DNA of 41,096 nucleotides from the UHGV virus genome UHGV-0211178. One strand, given 5' to 3'. A program made the translations under genes and the position numbers. How positions within the stretch are numbered: position 1 is the stretch's first letter; each line of letters starts with the position of its first letter. The stretch comes from a virus. Under the pieces are notes generated by a model. The model was not told where the DNA came from. It did no database searches and saw only the letters and a program-made list of their open reading frames with translations. This document shows positions 26,478 through 35,209 of this stretch, piece by piece.

Positions 26478-27041
26478 TTACATAAACATGCCTGCAAAAG
26501 CGCTGTCAAAGTCGGCGGCTCTGTCCTCATCGGTACGGTTGTCGGGGAGTTTAAACAGGCGTTTCATTTTGCGTACAAATTGCCGCTGTTCTCTGTCCTT
26601 TATCTTTGATGTATCGGTGCTCCTGTACTGCACAGCCCTGACAAACTGCGTTTCACCGCACAGGTTGTCAAACAGCGCTTTAAATTTATACCAATGCATA
26701 TCCGTTTCGCACAGGTCAATGCCGTACTGCTGCAAAAACGCAGCATATATGAGTTCTGCGTCTGCGTCAAAGTCATACACCCGTGCACCGTTTCCTCTGC
26801 CGCCGGTTTCCTCATGCCGTGACATGGTGCAAAAATCCATCATTGCGTTCAGTGCTGCGCCGATATCTTCCGGGAACTCATCAAACACCGTGCAGAATAT
26901 CAGGGCAATCCTTTCCATATCGCTGTGCCCTGTCATGGCGGACTGCATGAACCGTATCCACACCCGGAAATCGGTGCATATTCTGTATTCACAGCCGCCG
27001 ATTGTGAGCCTGTCCGGCAGTTTATCGGTCAGTATATTCAT
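26478..27041 (-). CDS. Gp15-family tail assembly protein (A118-like)
   Basis: TDFRVW, YDFDADAELIYAAFLQQYGIDL, MHWYKFKALF. Confidence 0.9.
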   Translation of the reverse strand: MNILTDKLPDRLTIGGCEYRICTDFRVWIRFMQSAMTGHSDMERIALIFCTVFDEFPEDIGAALNAMMDFCTMSRHEETGGRGNGARVYDFDADAELIYAAFLQQYGIDLCETDMHWYKFKALFDNLCGETQFVRAVQYRSTDTSKIKDREQRQFVRKMKRLFKLPDNRTDEDRAADFDSAFAGMFM

Positions 27042-27457
27042 TGCTTTGCCTGTTCGTTCACGATGTGATTTGTTTCCCTTATGGTCTTGTTTACTTCGGC
27101 AAGACGTGCAAGCACGGGGCTCAATTCATTCAATTGTTCTTCGATGTTTTCCGCCTCAATGACGTTCAGCTCTGCCGTGAAGAGTGCCACGGCATATTTT
27201 GTGCATTTTGCAAGCTTGTCAAGGTTTGTGGTTTTCTTGTCGGGAAACATCTTTTTCGCATTTTTCTTCCCGAAAAGGATTTCCAGCAATTGCATGTTTG
27301 CCTGATACTCGGTCATGCTCCGTATATTCAAGTCGTGTTCGCGGATTTGCTCCTCCAGTTCGGGGGTTCTCTGCGGTATTTCATATCTTACGCCGTCCAC
27401 CTCCAGGGTGTGGTGCTTCTGTGTATATTCCAAAGTCATGTTTGACATATTTTTCAA
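27038..27457 (-). CDS. Tail assembly chaperone
   Basis: Position between tail tube and Gp15; ILFGK..AKKMF. Confidence 0.7.
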   Translation of the reverse strand: MKNMSNMTLEYTQKHHTLEVDGVRYEIPQRTPELEEQIREHDLNIRSMTEYQANMQLLEILFGKKNAKKMFPDKKTTNLDKLAKCTKYAVALFTAELNVIEAENIEEQLNELSPVLARLAEVNKTIRETNHIVNEQAKQ

Positions 27458-27474
27458 CTCCTCATATAAGTTAT

Positions 27475-27497
27475 CGGGGGCGGAAGAATCCGCCCCG
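27475..27497 (-). terminator. GC-rich hairpin after the major tail gene
   Basis: GGGGCGGA-AGAA-TCCGCCCC. Confidence 0.55.
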
Positions 27498-27503
27498 TGA
27501 TTG

Positions 27504-28034
27504 TTATTCCGTTGCTGACGCCGCGGTGAAGGTTATTGTTTCCACAGTTTCGCCCGTGCCGCCCTCCGGGGTTGCGATTGTTGCCGTGCCCTTTATTTTT
27601 GTGCCGGCAAGCTTCAGATTGCCGCTGTATGTAAATGCGTCCGTGCTGTCGCCCTTGCTGTCGCCTATCACTGCAAAGGTCGCTTTCACAGCCTCATATC
27701 CGCCGCCTGTGACGGTGGAAGAAAAGTCCACCATTACAACCTCGCGCTGTGCGTCTGTGCCCAGCTTGTCGTCATCTATGATTGCGGCAATATCCGTCAG
27801 GACATCATCACCCGTGAACTTGTCAAATGCAAAGCTGCATGAATCGGAATACCCCGTCACGTCTGTTGTTTCAAACGATTCATCAATATACTGTCTTGAG
27901 TACTCCGTCGGGTTTTTGCTTATCGAAAATTCGGTAAACCCTTTCATTCTCTTAAATGTCGGTGTGCCCGAACCTGACGCAGGCACTCCCCAAAATGATT
28001 TGTAGTCACTTCTTTTTACTAATTTTCTCGGCAT
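27504..28034 (-). CDS. Major tail tube protein
   Basis: RMKGFTE.S...NPTEYSRQYIDE, TYSGNLK; position. Confidence 0.85.
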   Translation of the reverse strand: MPRKLVKRSDYKSFWGVPASGSGTPTFKRMKGFTEFSISKNPTEYSRQYIDESFETTDVTGYSDSCSFAFDKFTGDDVLTDIAAIIDDDKLGTDAQREVVMVDFSSTVTGGGYEAVKATFAVIGDSKGDSTDAFTYSGNLKLAGTKIKGTATIATPEGGTGETVETITFTAASATE

Positions 28035-28040
28035 TGTTCA

Positions 28041-28481
28041 TCAATTCCTTTCCAAATATAAAACTTCAAACGGGAACGCATAAAGCGCCCCTTCCGTGTC
28101 ATTTCCCACCAGTATCGGCGTATAAACGCCCTCGGGGGTTCTTATGTCCTGTACTTCACATTCCGTGCCGAAATCGGGCAGATTCCCCGTTTTTCCCTGT
28201 TCGTTTATCCAGTCCAGGAACTCCTGCACAATCTGCATTTGTTCCACGTTCTGATTGGTATTGGAATAGGTCGCAAACGGTTTTACCTGTCTGATTTCAA
28301 ACTGCATTTTCTTTAAAACCTCACCGTCGGTGTATTTTTTCACCACGGTACCGTAATTGGCGGTGACAAGCGATGTGTTGCCGTCGTTGTCTGTTTGGTT
28401 TGTAAAATTAAAATACAAATCATACCCGACAAGCGGACACGTGCTCACCAGTTCCAAAACAGCCTGTAATTTGTTATTCAT
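28041..28481 (-). CDS. Tail terminator/completion protein
   Basis: Position; DWINEQ...GNLP motif. Confidence 0.7.
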   Translation of the reverse strand: MNNKLQAVLELVSTCPLVGYDLYFNFTNQTDNDGNTSLVTANYGTVVKKYTDGEVLKKMQFEIRQVKPFATYSNTNQNVEQMQIVQEFLDWINEQGKTGNLPDFGTECEVQDIRTPEGVYTPILVGNDTEGALYAFPFEVLYLERN

Positions 28482-28896
28482 GCAGATTCAACTCCCCACT
28501 GTCAATATATCCCTGCAAGGTTTCAATCAGTTTCGGCAGCTGTGTCTGCTGTGCCTCAATGTCCCAATGGCTTGTCGCCTCGCTGTGTTCGTTTCGCTTA
28601 AAGCGCAGCGGTCTGTGCGTGTTTATCGGCTTTTTTTCGTACTGTCTGACCCATGTCCGCCCGTTTTGGTCGGTATACAGTTCGCCGTTATATATATAAT
28701 TGGCATAAGGCGATGTATACTCGATTGTTTTCGGCGACAGGTTGACCGTTTCGCACAGAATTCCCGTATCCATAGGGGTATACGGTTTCAAAAGCTTCCA
28801 CCACTCATTAGCCGCTTCAAGCCAAAAATTATTACTTTCCGAAACCTTTGCAATGTCGCGGTGCCTGTCAAGGTTCAGTTCAAAATCAAACTTCAT
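28474..28896 (-). CDS. Neck/'minor capsid' protein
   Basis: PYTPMDTG.L, IEYTSPYA.Y.Y.G, ATSHWD; likely start MKFDF. Confidence 0.8.
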   Translation of the reverse strand: MKFDFELNLDRHRDIAKVSESNNFWLEAANEWWKLLKPYTPMDTGILCETVNLSPKTIEYTSPYANYIYNGELYTDQNGRTWVRQYEKKPINTHRPLRFKRNEHSEATSHWDIEAQQTQLPKLIETLQGYIDSGELNLHE

Positions 28897-28900
28897 CTCA

Positions 28901-29284
28901 TCACACCCCCGACGCTCTGCAGTGCGGTGCATAGGCAAGCAGCGTGTTGTCCGATACGCTCCGCACGGTAAAGCTTTCGCTTTTGTATTTGTTCAGCAAA
29001 TCGCCTATTCTCTCGCCCTGTTTGTCCGAAACCGTGTCAGACACCGCGCCCTTCACGATAACGTCACCGGGAGAAAGTTCAAGCTTCTTGCCGGTGAATG
29101 GTATACGGCACACATATTCGTCCGCCATGCTCAGCACGTTGCCGTTTAGCTGTCTGACCGCGGTCATGCCGAAAAAGCAGTCACGATATATGCTCTTATG
29201 CCATTCGGTCACGTTTCTGCCGTCCTTTTGGGATATGCATTTTCTGTACACCGTCACAGTAAATCGGAATGTCGGGTCAATCAT
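28901..29284 (-). CDS. Head closure-type protein
   Basis: TVTVY, GDVIVKG, V.DNT....PH; likely start MIDPTF. Confidence 0.7.
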   Translation of the reverse strand: MIDPTFRFTVTVYRKCISQKDGRNVTEWHKSIYRDCFFGMTAVRQLNGNVLSMADEYVCRIPFTGKKLELSPGDVIVKGAVSDTVSDKQGERIGDLLNKYKSESFTVRSVSDNTLLAYAPHCRASGV

Positions 29285-29636
29285 ATCTTTCCACCCCCAG
29301 ATACAAAAGCGGCGTCCCGTCCTCCGCACATTCCGAACCGAGATATTTATATATAATATCCTCTGCCTTTTGGCTGAACTCTGCGGCGGTGGGGGCGGCA
29401 AAGGTCTGGGACAGTCCGTCATGCGAAAAAGACGAAACCTTTTCGGGCTTTATGTCGGCTTGTGCCGCAAGGTCCGAAAGCCGCGCCGCACATCTTTTCA
29501 CCGCCTCGCTCGGGTTTGTGATTCTGCCGTGGGTGTGCGCCCGTATTTCACATTCTGCCTCATATCCGTATACATCAAAGGCGGCGTTATCCAATGCGCC
29601 GCCGAACCGTTTATATTCGTCATATGTCAGATACAT
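29277..29636 (-). CDS. Head-tail connector
   Basis: MYLTYDEY...T.GRI...VSSFSHDG.S...LLYLGV. Confidence 0.85.
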   Translation of the reverse strand: MYLTYDEYKRFGGALDNAAFDVYGYEAECEIRAHTHGRITNPSEAVKRCAARLSDLAAQADIKPEKVSSFSHDGLSQTFAAPTAAEFSQKAEDIIYKYLGSECAEDGTPLLYLGVERYD

Positions 29637-29651
29637 AACACCGCCCCCTTT

Positions 29652-30656
29652 TTACTGTTTCTTAAACTTTGCAAGTACAACCTTGCTTGCGTTTGAGAGC
29701 GCCACGGTGTAGAACTTATCCACCGATATGTCGGTTGTTCTGTTCAGTGTATGGCGTTCGGTTTCAAGGTTGGTGTCGCGCTTAAGATAAATCGTCAGTG
29801 CCGGCATTTCGTCCTCGGTTTCCGAATCCTGAGAAAGCTTTACAATCGGGCAGATATACTCTGTCCCTGCCGCCGAATGGCTGTAATATTTGTCCGCTTC
29901 CCATGCCGGTGCGCTGTTCCCTGTCACGGCGGTGTATTCTTCGCCCGATTTTGTGAAGTATGTCTTATACTTTGTCGACCAATCGGACGGCTCTTCCGTT
30001 GTCAGTGTATAATATTCGGCGTTTGTCCCGACTTTCTTCGACGGCACAATGCGGCAGTTTGCAATCTTGCCGACTTCGCCCGTCATGATGACATTGCCTG
30101 TATATTTGTCCGCACTGATAAAGTTTTCGTCCTTTCTCAGCTGTGTCAGCTGTTTCGGGTGGATAAAGATAACCTTCTCGGTGTTTACTTCCTCTTCAAA
30201 GACATCAATCGCGTCAATCACGCCGTTGTAGCTGATGATGCCGCCAATGGTTTTTGAAAGTGTTGCGGTGTTCAGCGCCGCCATTGCGTCATTGTCTATT
30301 TTGGACGCAATAGAAACCGCAAGCTGATTTGTCGCCTCGCCGACAGGGTTGCCATAGCCCGACAAAATCGCCTCGTCGGTGATTGCCACTGCCTGCATTG
30401 CCTTTTTGATGCTGACAGAGGTTGTCGACGCGGTCAGCTTTGCGGTTTCCACGCTCTCGCCTTCCGCGACTTCCCCCGCGTCGCCGATATATGCATACTT
30501 CGGGATTTTCACACTGTCACCCGGCACGCCCTGGAGGCGGCCGTCCACCTTTGCAAAAGGTGTCACCACAATTTTTTTCGGTATCTTTGCGGACACCATG
30601 TCCGCCATGACCTCAGGGTTGATGAGGTCGGATATTTTTGTCATTTTGTTTGCCAT
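29652..30656 (-). CDS. Major capsid protein (N4-gp56 family, HK97 fold)
   Basis: LINPEVMADMV, L.GVPGD.V.IP.Y.YIGDA, ITDEA.LSGYGNP. Confidence 0.93.
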   Translation of the reverse strand: MANKMTKISDLINPEVMADMVSAKIPKKIVVTPFAKVDGRLQGVPGDSVKIPKYAYIGDAGEVAEGESVETAKLTASTTSVSIKKAMQAVAITDEAILSGYGNPVGEATNQLAVSIASKIDNDAMAALNTATLSKTIGGIISYNGVIDAIDVFEEEVNTEKVIFIHPKQLTQLRKDENFISADKYTGNVIMTGEVGKIANCRIVPSKKVGTNAEYYTLTTEEPSDWSTKYKTYFTKSGEEYTAVTGNSAPAWEADKYYSHSAAGTEYICPIVKLSQDSETEDEMPALTIYLKRDTNLETERHTLNRTTDISVDKFYTVALSNASKVVLAKFKKQ

Positions 30657-30659
30657 TTC

Positions 30660-31271
30660 TTATTCCTCCTTGTTTAATTGGTCATAAAGCTCCTTGTTGG
30701 TACTGTACAGCTCCGCACGTGCGGCATAGCCCATTTTTGCAAACTGCTCGCGCGTGATATTGGTCGGAGCGTTTTTGCCCATACCGGGCATGTTTGCCGG
30801 GGGATTCGGATTCTTAAATATGCCCTCTTTGTCCTTTGTCAGACCCTCAAAGATTTCCGCATAGCCCTTGCCTTTGTTGTCCGGCTTTGCAATCTCGGCT
30901 TTCATGTCGGCGATTATGCCCTTTCTGACATAGTCGGAAGAAAATTCCCTGTCACCGAACACTGCCTCGATTGCCGCGGTGAGGTCTTTGTCCTCACGGT
31001 CTTTTTGGGCGTTTCTCTCTTTTTCTTCGATGTCGTCTTTCAAGTCCTCATACAATTTCTTGTAATCTTCACCGTCTTTGGCATTGTTCTTCAAATTGGT
31101 GATTGTGCCCTCCAGGTCTTTCTTTTCGCCCTCCAGGGTGCCGACACGCTTCGTCAAATCGTCATAATCCTTTTTGGCTTTGCCGATATCGGTTGTGTTT
31201 ATATCCAGCACAGCACTGATTTGTTCGTCTGTAATTCCCTCGATAATCTTTTTCAAATTCTCTCTTGTCAT
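30660..31271 (-). CDS. Capsid scaffolding protein
   Basis: MTRE.LK...ITDEQI, coiled coil, ITREQFAKMGY..R.EL; precedes the capsid gene. Confidence 0.88.
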   Translation of the reverse strand: MTRENLKKIIEGITDEQISAVLDINTTDIGKAKKDYDDLTKRVGTLEGEKKDLEGTITNLKNNAKDGEDYKKLYEDLKDDIEEKERNAQKDREDKDLTAAIEAVFGDREFSSDYVRKGIIADMKAEIAKPDNKGKGYAEIFEGLTKDKEGIFKNPNPPANMPGMGKNAPTNITREQFAKMGYAARAELYSTNKELYDQLNKEE

Positions 31272-31355
31272 TGTTTTGTTCTCCTTTCGACTTTCAGTTT
31301 GTTATCACGGTGCCTTTCCGCGCAGTCTTGATAGTTTCTCGCCGTTCCGGGCAAT

Positions 31356-31387
31356 AAAAAAAGCGTTTATGTAAAAACATAAGCGCT
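31356..31387 (-). terminator. Terminator-like hairpin
   Basis: AGCGTTTATGT-AAA-ACATAAGCGCT with a minus-strand U tract. Confidence 0.6.
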
Positions 31388-31413
31388 AAGGCGGTACGCC
31401 TCGTATTTTCATG

Positions 31414-31593
31414 TTATTTCCTCCTTCTGCATCTTCCGAACCTCCAACAGGCGCATTGTTTCCCTTTGCACTCCATCATTTTTTGAATCTCTGTCAAGAT
31501 ATGTGTATCTTGTGCCACATTCCCATTGTCGCCATATTCGTACCGGGTTTGGTTCTGCTGTATAACTTTCAGATTAAACGGACAATATTTCAC
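31414..31593 (-). CDS. Small Cys-rich phage protein (59 aa)
   Basis: GTG start after RBS GAAAGGAG; YCPFN...ECKGKQCACW...C. Confidence 0.7.
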   Translation of the reverse strand: MKYCPFNLKVIQQNQTRYEYGDNGNVAQDTHILTEIQKMMECKGKQCACWRFGRCRRRK

Positions 31594-31615
31594 TTTTTCG
31601 CTCCTTTCGGGTATG

Positions 31616-31645
31616 AAAAAAGCGCTTACATCATGTAAACGCTTT
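31616..31645 (-). terminator. Terminator closing the immunity cassette
   Basis: AAAGCGCTTACA-TCA-TGTAAACGCTTT with a minus-strand U tract. Confidence 0.7.
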
Positions 31646-31692
31646 GGATATTTGATTTTAATACCACGCCTGAACACATTCAAGCGGCAGAC

Positions 31693-31923
31693 TTATAACA
31701 CATTCTTCAACTCCACATCTGATACTGCATAAACAGCACCAACATCATAATCATCGTATATCTTTATTTTCTTCCCCGACTTTGAGAAAATCTGAATTGT
31801 AGAACCGTCTACGTCAACAAGTAATTTATGCTTTTCATAGTCTGGAAATGCATTTTTAACTTTTTCGCATGCATTTTTAAACTTTTCGGGGCTGTTATCA
31901 GTATAAATATTATAGTCAAACAT
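31693..31923 (-). CDS. Putative orphan immunity protein
   Basis: 76 aa, LLVDVDGS.IQI...GAVY..SD; RBS GAGGTG; preceded by a relic toxin tail. Confidence 0.7.
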   Translation of the reverse strand: MFDYNIYTDNSPEKFKNACEKVKNAFPDYEKHKLLVDVDGSTIQIFSKSGKKIKIYDDYDVGAVYAVSDVELKNVL

Positions 31924-31933
31924 GTTCTACACC

Positions 31934-31996
31934 TCACAATCCAAATTCTTTGTTAACATCTGCATTTGTCTTTGATGCGGTTTTTAAAATATCCTT
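31934..31996 (-). pseudogene. Relic C-terminus of a displaced MuF toxin domain
   Basis: KDILKTASKTNADVNKEFGL* resembles the ending of another minor-capsid toxin tip (recognised from memory); its stop abuts the RBS of the next gene. Confidence 0.55.
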
Positions 31997-32068
31997 TAAT
32001 GTAAGTATTTTTGTAGGTGTGTCCTGTCCCACATTTCTTTTGACCTTAAGTTTCTACTTCAAAATGCC

Positions 32069-32317
32069 CTATAATATTGCGTATTTTATAGGATTTGCCG
32101 AACATAATAAATCCAGCAGTGATTTATCATCATAGAATTTATCAGTCACGACGTCCTGAACATTGTCATATTCCTTCGTTTTTTGTCCATACCATACTTG
32201 GAAAGTAGGAATATAATTATGGACTGTCGAAGTAATTCCGCATTGTTTACCGTTATAATCAAAAACAATGTCATTCAAACAGCTATCGACTATTTTTTTT
32301 AAATCATCTGATTTCAT
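32069..32317 (-). CDS. Putative cognate immunity protein
   Basis: 82 aa, ATGA overlap with the MuF stop, AT-rich. Confidence 0.72.
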   Translation of the reverse strand: MKSDDLKKIVDSCLNDIVFDYNGKQCGITSTVHNYIPTFQVWYGQKTKEYDNVQDVVTDKFYDDKSLLDLLCSANPIKYAIL

Positions 32318-33903
32318 AATATATCCTCGTTATCCTTTCTTTCCTTTTCGGTAAGTTCGCGTGTGGTTCGGTTTTTCAAATTACCATTCTTATCCCATTC
32401 GTAATCATGAGCATGCTCTCCATTCTTTCCAAACGGATGGTGTTTTGGGTTACCGTGTGATGTGGTGTTTATGTCTTTGCACTTCAAGCCTTTCCTGTCG
32501 TAAAAACTTCTCACATCTATTTTGTTATTTGAGCTATGGTCTACAACAGCATGAGGCGTGGAAGTCTTGGGAGTACCATTATGTCCCGTAACAACTTTCT
32601 TTTCTTTCATTATACCACCATTCACAGCGGCTGTCAACGAATTTTTTCCCGATACGGCAAGGCGTGTGCGCTCCATTTTGGTGGACAATCCCGCGGCTTT
32701 TGAGAAAGACGCATACTGGCTTGTCAGATGTCTGAGCCGTGTCCGTGCCTCATTCTCGCTGTCCTTGTCGCCAAAGGCTCTGAAGGCTTGCATAAGTTCT
32801 CTTTCGCGCCGCATGGAGCTTTCCAGTTTTTTCTGCACCTGTGTTGCCTCATAGCCCGTGTATTTCTTCCCCTCATACTCAAATGTCTGCTTGTCGCGCT
32901 GTTTTTTCTCGCGCAGTTCCTTCTCACTGTATGTCGGGACTGATATACCCAAAAATATACTGAACTTGATGTGCCGGCAGCCATACTCCTTCAAAAGCCC
33001 CTCGACTTCCGAAAACGGGGGATAGTATTTCCCTTTTACCGTCACGCCCTTTTTGCCCTTTGCGTACTGCCTTCCGCCCATGTCGGCGTGCGTATCTCTC
33101 GGATTGGAGTGATAGCTTATCTCATACCCGTCCGCGCCCAATTGTTCACCGACAATGTCGGCGCTGTTTTGGTTACATTCCTTTATGCCCCACAGGATAT
33201 TTTGCCGCACACTGCTGTCAAGGCGCCGTTTATACCCCGACGCATACTTTACGCTCTTCGTAAGGCGGCGCTTATCCCCGGACGCATAGTCTACGCTCTT
33301 TATTCCGCTTTGCGAAAGTGCGCGGATAACATTGCGCATTTCCTGTTGATAACTGCTTGTCCCTGTCTGCACTTTCTGCACCGCAAGGTCAATTATCTTT
33401 GTATATGTTTCGGAAATGGACGTTGCTACCTTGTTTTTGTTTTCTGCAAACAGCGGTGCAATGCTTTTCCCGTCCTTCTCAAACACCGCAAAGGCGGTAT
33501 GCTGTGTCAGATTCTTATATTCCTTCACTGTCTGCCTTGCGACAGAGTTTACATATCTTTTGAGCCGTGTATTTTTCTCATACGGCACGGCGGCTTCGCC
33601 TTTTGCCGCCTCATAAAACGGTGTTGAATAGTCATAGTTTGCCTTTGCGACAATCTCAAACACTTCTTCAATTTCTGCGATATTCTTCTCGCTTGCGGCG
33701 CTCAGTGCCTGTATGATTTGGTCAATATCCGCGCCGTAATTGTACATCTGTTGCAATTGGTGCACGTCTGTCGGGCGCAGTTCGCCGATTTTCTTCAAAA
33801 CCTCGGCAATGCTTATTATACAATCGGTGTTTATCTTGCTCAGCCGTTCGCATATGCGCTCGGGAAGCAGTTCAAGCTGATACTCTGACAGCATGTCACT
33901 CAC
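32314..33903 (-). CDS. Minor capsid protein (MuF-like, Phage_min_cap2) with C-terminal toxin-like domain
   Basis: Follows the portal; YASG.KRRLD..VR, H...R.TH, GCRH, YEATQ.Q..LE; His-rich tip KDI.TTSHGNPKHHP...HAHDY. Confidence 0.88.
   Translation of the reverse strand: MSDMLSEYQLELLPERICERLSKINTDCIISIAEVLKKIGELRPTDVHQLQQMYNYGADIDQIIQALSAASEKNIAEIEEVFEIVAKANYDYSTPFYEAAKGEAAVPYEKNTRLKRYVNSVARQTVKEYKNLTQHTAFAVFEKDGKSIAPLFAENKNKVATSISETYTKIIDLAVQKVQTGTSSYQQEMRNVIRALSQSGIKSVDYASGDKRRLTKSVKYASGYKRRLDSSVRQNILWGIKECNQNSADIVGEQLGADGYEISYHSNPRDTHADMGGRQYAKGKKGVTVKGKYYPPFSEVEGLLKEYGCRHIKFSIFLGISVPTYSEKELREKKQRDKQTFEYEGKKYTGYEATQVQKKLESSMRRERELMQAFRAFGDKDSENEARTRLRHLTSQYASFSKAAGLSTKMERTRLAVSGKNSLTAAVNGGIMKEKKVVTGHNGTPKTSTPHAVVDHSSNNKIDVRSFYDRKGLKCKDINTTSHGNPKHHPFGKNGEHAHDYEWDKNGNLKNRTTRELTEKERKDNEDIL
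32609..32637 (-). promoter_or_regulatory. Perfect internal sigmaA promoter at the MuF core/toxin junction
   Basis: TTGACA-gccgctgtgaatggtgg(17)-TATAAT with extended TG. Confidence 0.8.
33220..33300. repeat. 42-bp-period diverged in-frame duplication in the MuF gene
   Basis: KSVDYASGDKRRL-T-KSVKYASGYKRRL. Confidence 0.85.
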
Positions 33904-35209
33904 CCATACCCATCAGCGCGGCAAGGTTCGGCTCGTTTTCTCTGATTTCGTCCACCTTCTTCTGCGCGTCCTCAAGCGTTTCGCCCGTCTGCCAGGAGCG
34001 TACCTCGGCTTTGGATATTGTCCCCATTGCCTGACCGTCCTTCAACTGCTGCCAGTTTTCCGCAGAGCTTTCAATCATGGAATATGACCAATCAAACACC
34101 GGGATATATTCGCCCACAGGCGAAAGATTGTAATAATTCGCAAGCACATCACACGCATACAGAAAGTCCTCGATTGCCTTTGTTATATTCTTGCGGATAT
34201 CGCTTATGATTGTATATGTGCCGTACATGCCTGCCTTTATCTCGGTCGCCGTTGCCCCGTATGTTCCCGGGTCGGTCAGGATTCCCTTGCTTGTGCCGAT
34301 TGCCTTTTCAAGCTGTTCATAAAGGTGTGACAGATGATTATACAGACTGCTGTCGCGGTATGCACAGTCAAATACATTGAATATCTCGCGGTCACTATTC
34401 CCGTGGGCTGCCATAAACAAATCGCTCTTTATTATCGGTCTGCCGTTTTCATCTTTGTCGAACGCCCGTTCATCTATCTGTAAACGTACGCGTTTCAGTT
34501 CAAACTCTGCATTTATCTGCTCCATGCATGTGTATATGTCTTTTATAATCTGTCCGCACCCGTATGTTATCGGCACACCGTAGTCATCAGAGCACTGCCG
34601 GTTATCAATCGGGCATTTTATAAACCCAAACGGCACCCTGTCCACGTTTGCGATTGAAATGTCGGGAATATCCTTCCACTGTTCAAGCTCCGCCGCCTGT
34701 CCGTACTGTGTCGTCACCCTGTTTGTCATGACAAGGGTGTTGTTTTCAATCGTATAATTTACAAACCGACAATATGTAATACTGTCAATCGTGACCGTGT
34801 CGGCACACACCGTTGCGTTTACAATCTTGTCGCCGCGTGTTGCGTTTATGAGCAGCCTGTCCTGTGTGACCATATCGAACAGGATTTTGCCGTCCTGTAC
34901 ATACGGCACAATCAGACAGCCGCCCGTCCCCAAAGCCATAGACACTATTTTTTTGATTTTGCCCCACACATTCTGTACCGCACCGTCAAGCAGCTCGGCA
35001 CGCTTGTTTTTCCCGTCAACACCAAGGGTGCTTTCCTCTGTTGCCAGTGCCGACAATGTATTTGCAAAAATTGCCGTGAAGTTTATCCTTCTTACATCAC
35101 AGTATTCTGTTATGTTTCTTGCGTTCATGTCCTGTTGTGCAGATGAGGTTTCACTCCTGCCAATCCCGAACAGCCCCAGAATCCATTTCCATATTGTACC
35201 GAAATTCAT
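33896..35209 (-). CDS. Portal protein (A118/SPP1-like)
   Basis: Follows TerL; YGVPI, EF.L, ATATEI, W..GET.E.A. Confidence 0.9.
   Translation of the reverse strand: MNFGTIWKWILGLFGIGRSETSSAQQDMNARNITEYCDVRRINFTAIFANTLSALATEESTLGVDGKNKRAELLDGAVQNVWGKIKKIVSMALGTGGCLIVPYVQDGKILFDMVTQDRLLINATRGDKIVNATVCADTVTIDSITYCRFVNYTIENNTLVMTNRVTTQYGQAAELEQWKDIPDISIANVDRVPFGFIKCPIDNRQCSDDYGVPITYGCGQIIKDIYTCMEQINAEFELKRVRLQIDERAFDKDENGRPIIKSDLFMAAHGNSDREIFNVFDCAYRDSSLYNHLSHLYEQLEKAIGTSKGILTDPGTYGATATEIKAGMYGTYTIISDIRKNITKAIEDFLYACDVLANYYNLSPVGEYIPVFDWSYSMIESSAENWQQLKDGQAMGTISKAEVRSWQTGETLEDAQKKVDEIRENEPNLAALMGMGE

Noticed and set aside
26478..27457. Programmed frameshift between the tail chaperone genes
   Set aside because: The two ORFs overlap by ATGA and the second has its own typical MNIL start; no convincing slippery heptamer was seen.
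27184..28005. Long plus-strand ORFs opposite structural and replication genes (e.g. 27184-28005, 4694-5365, 7553-8239, 36352-37110)
   Set aside because: They are shadow frames antisense to well-supported genes, with no recognisable motifs.
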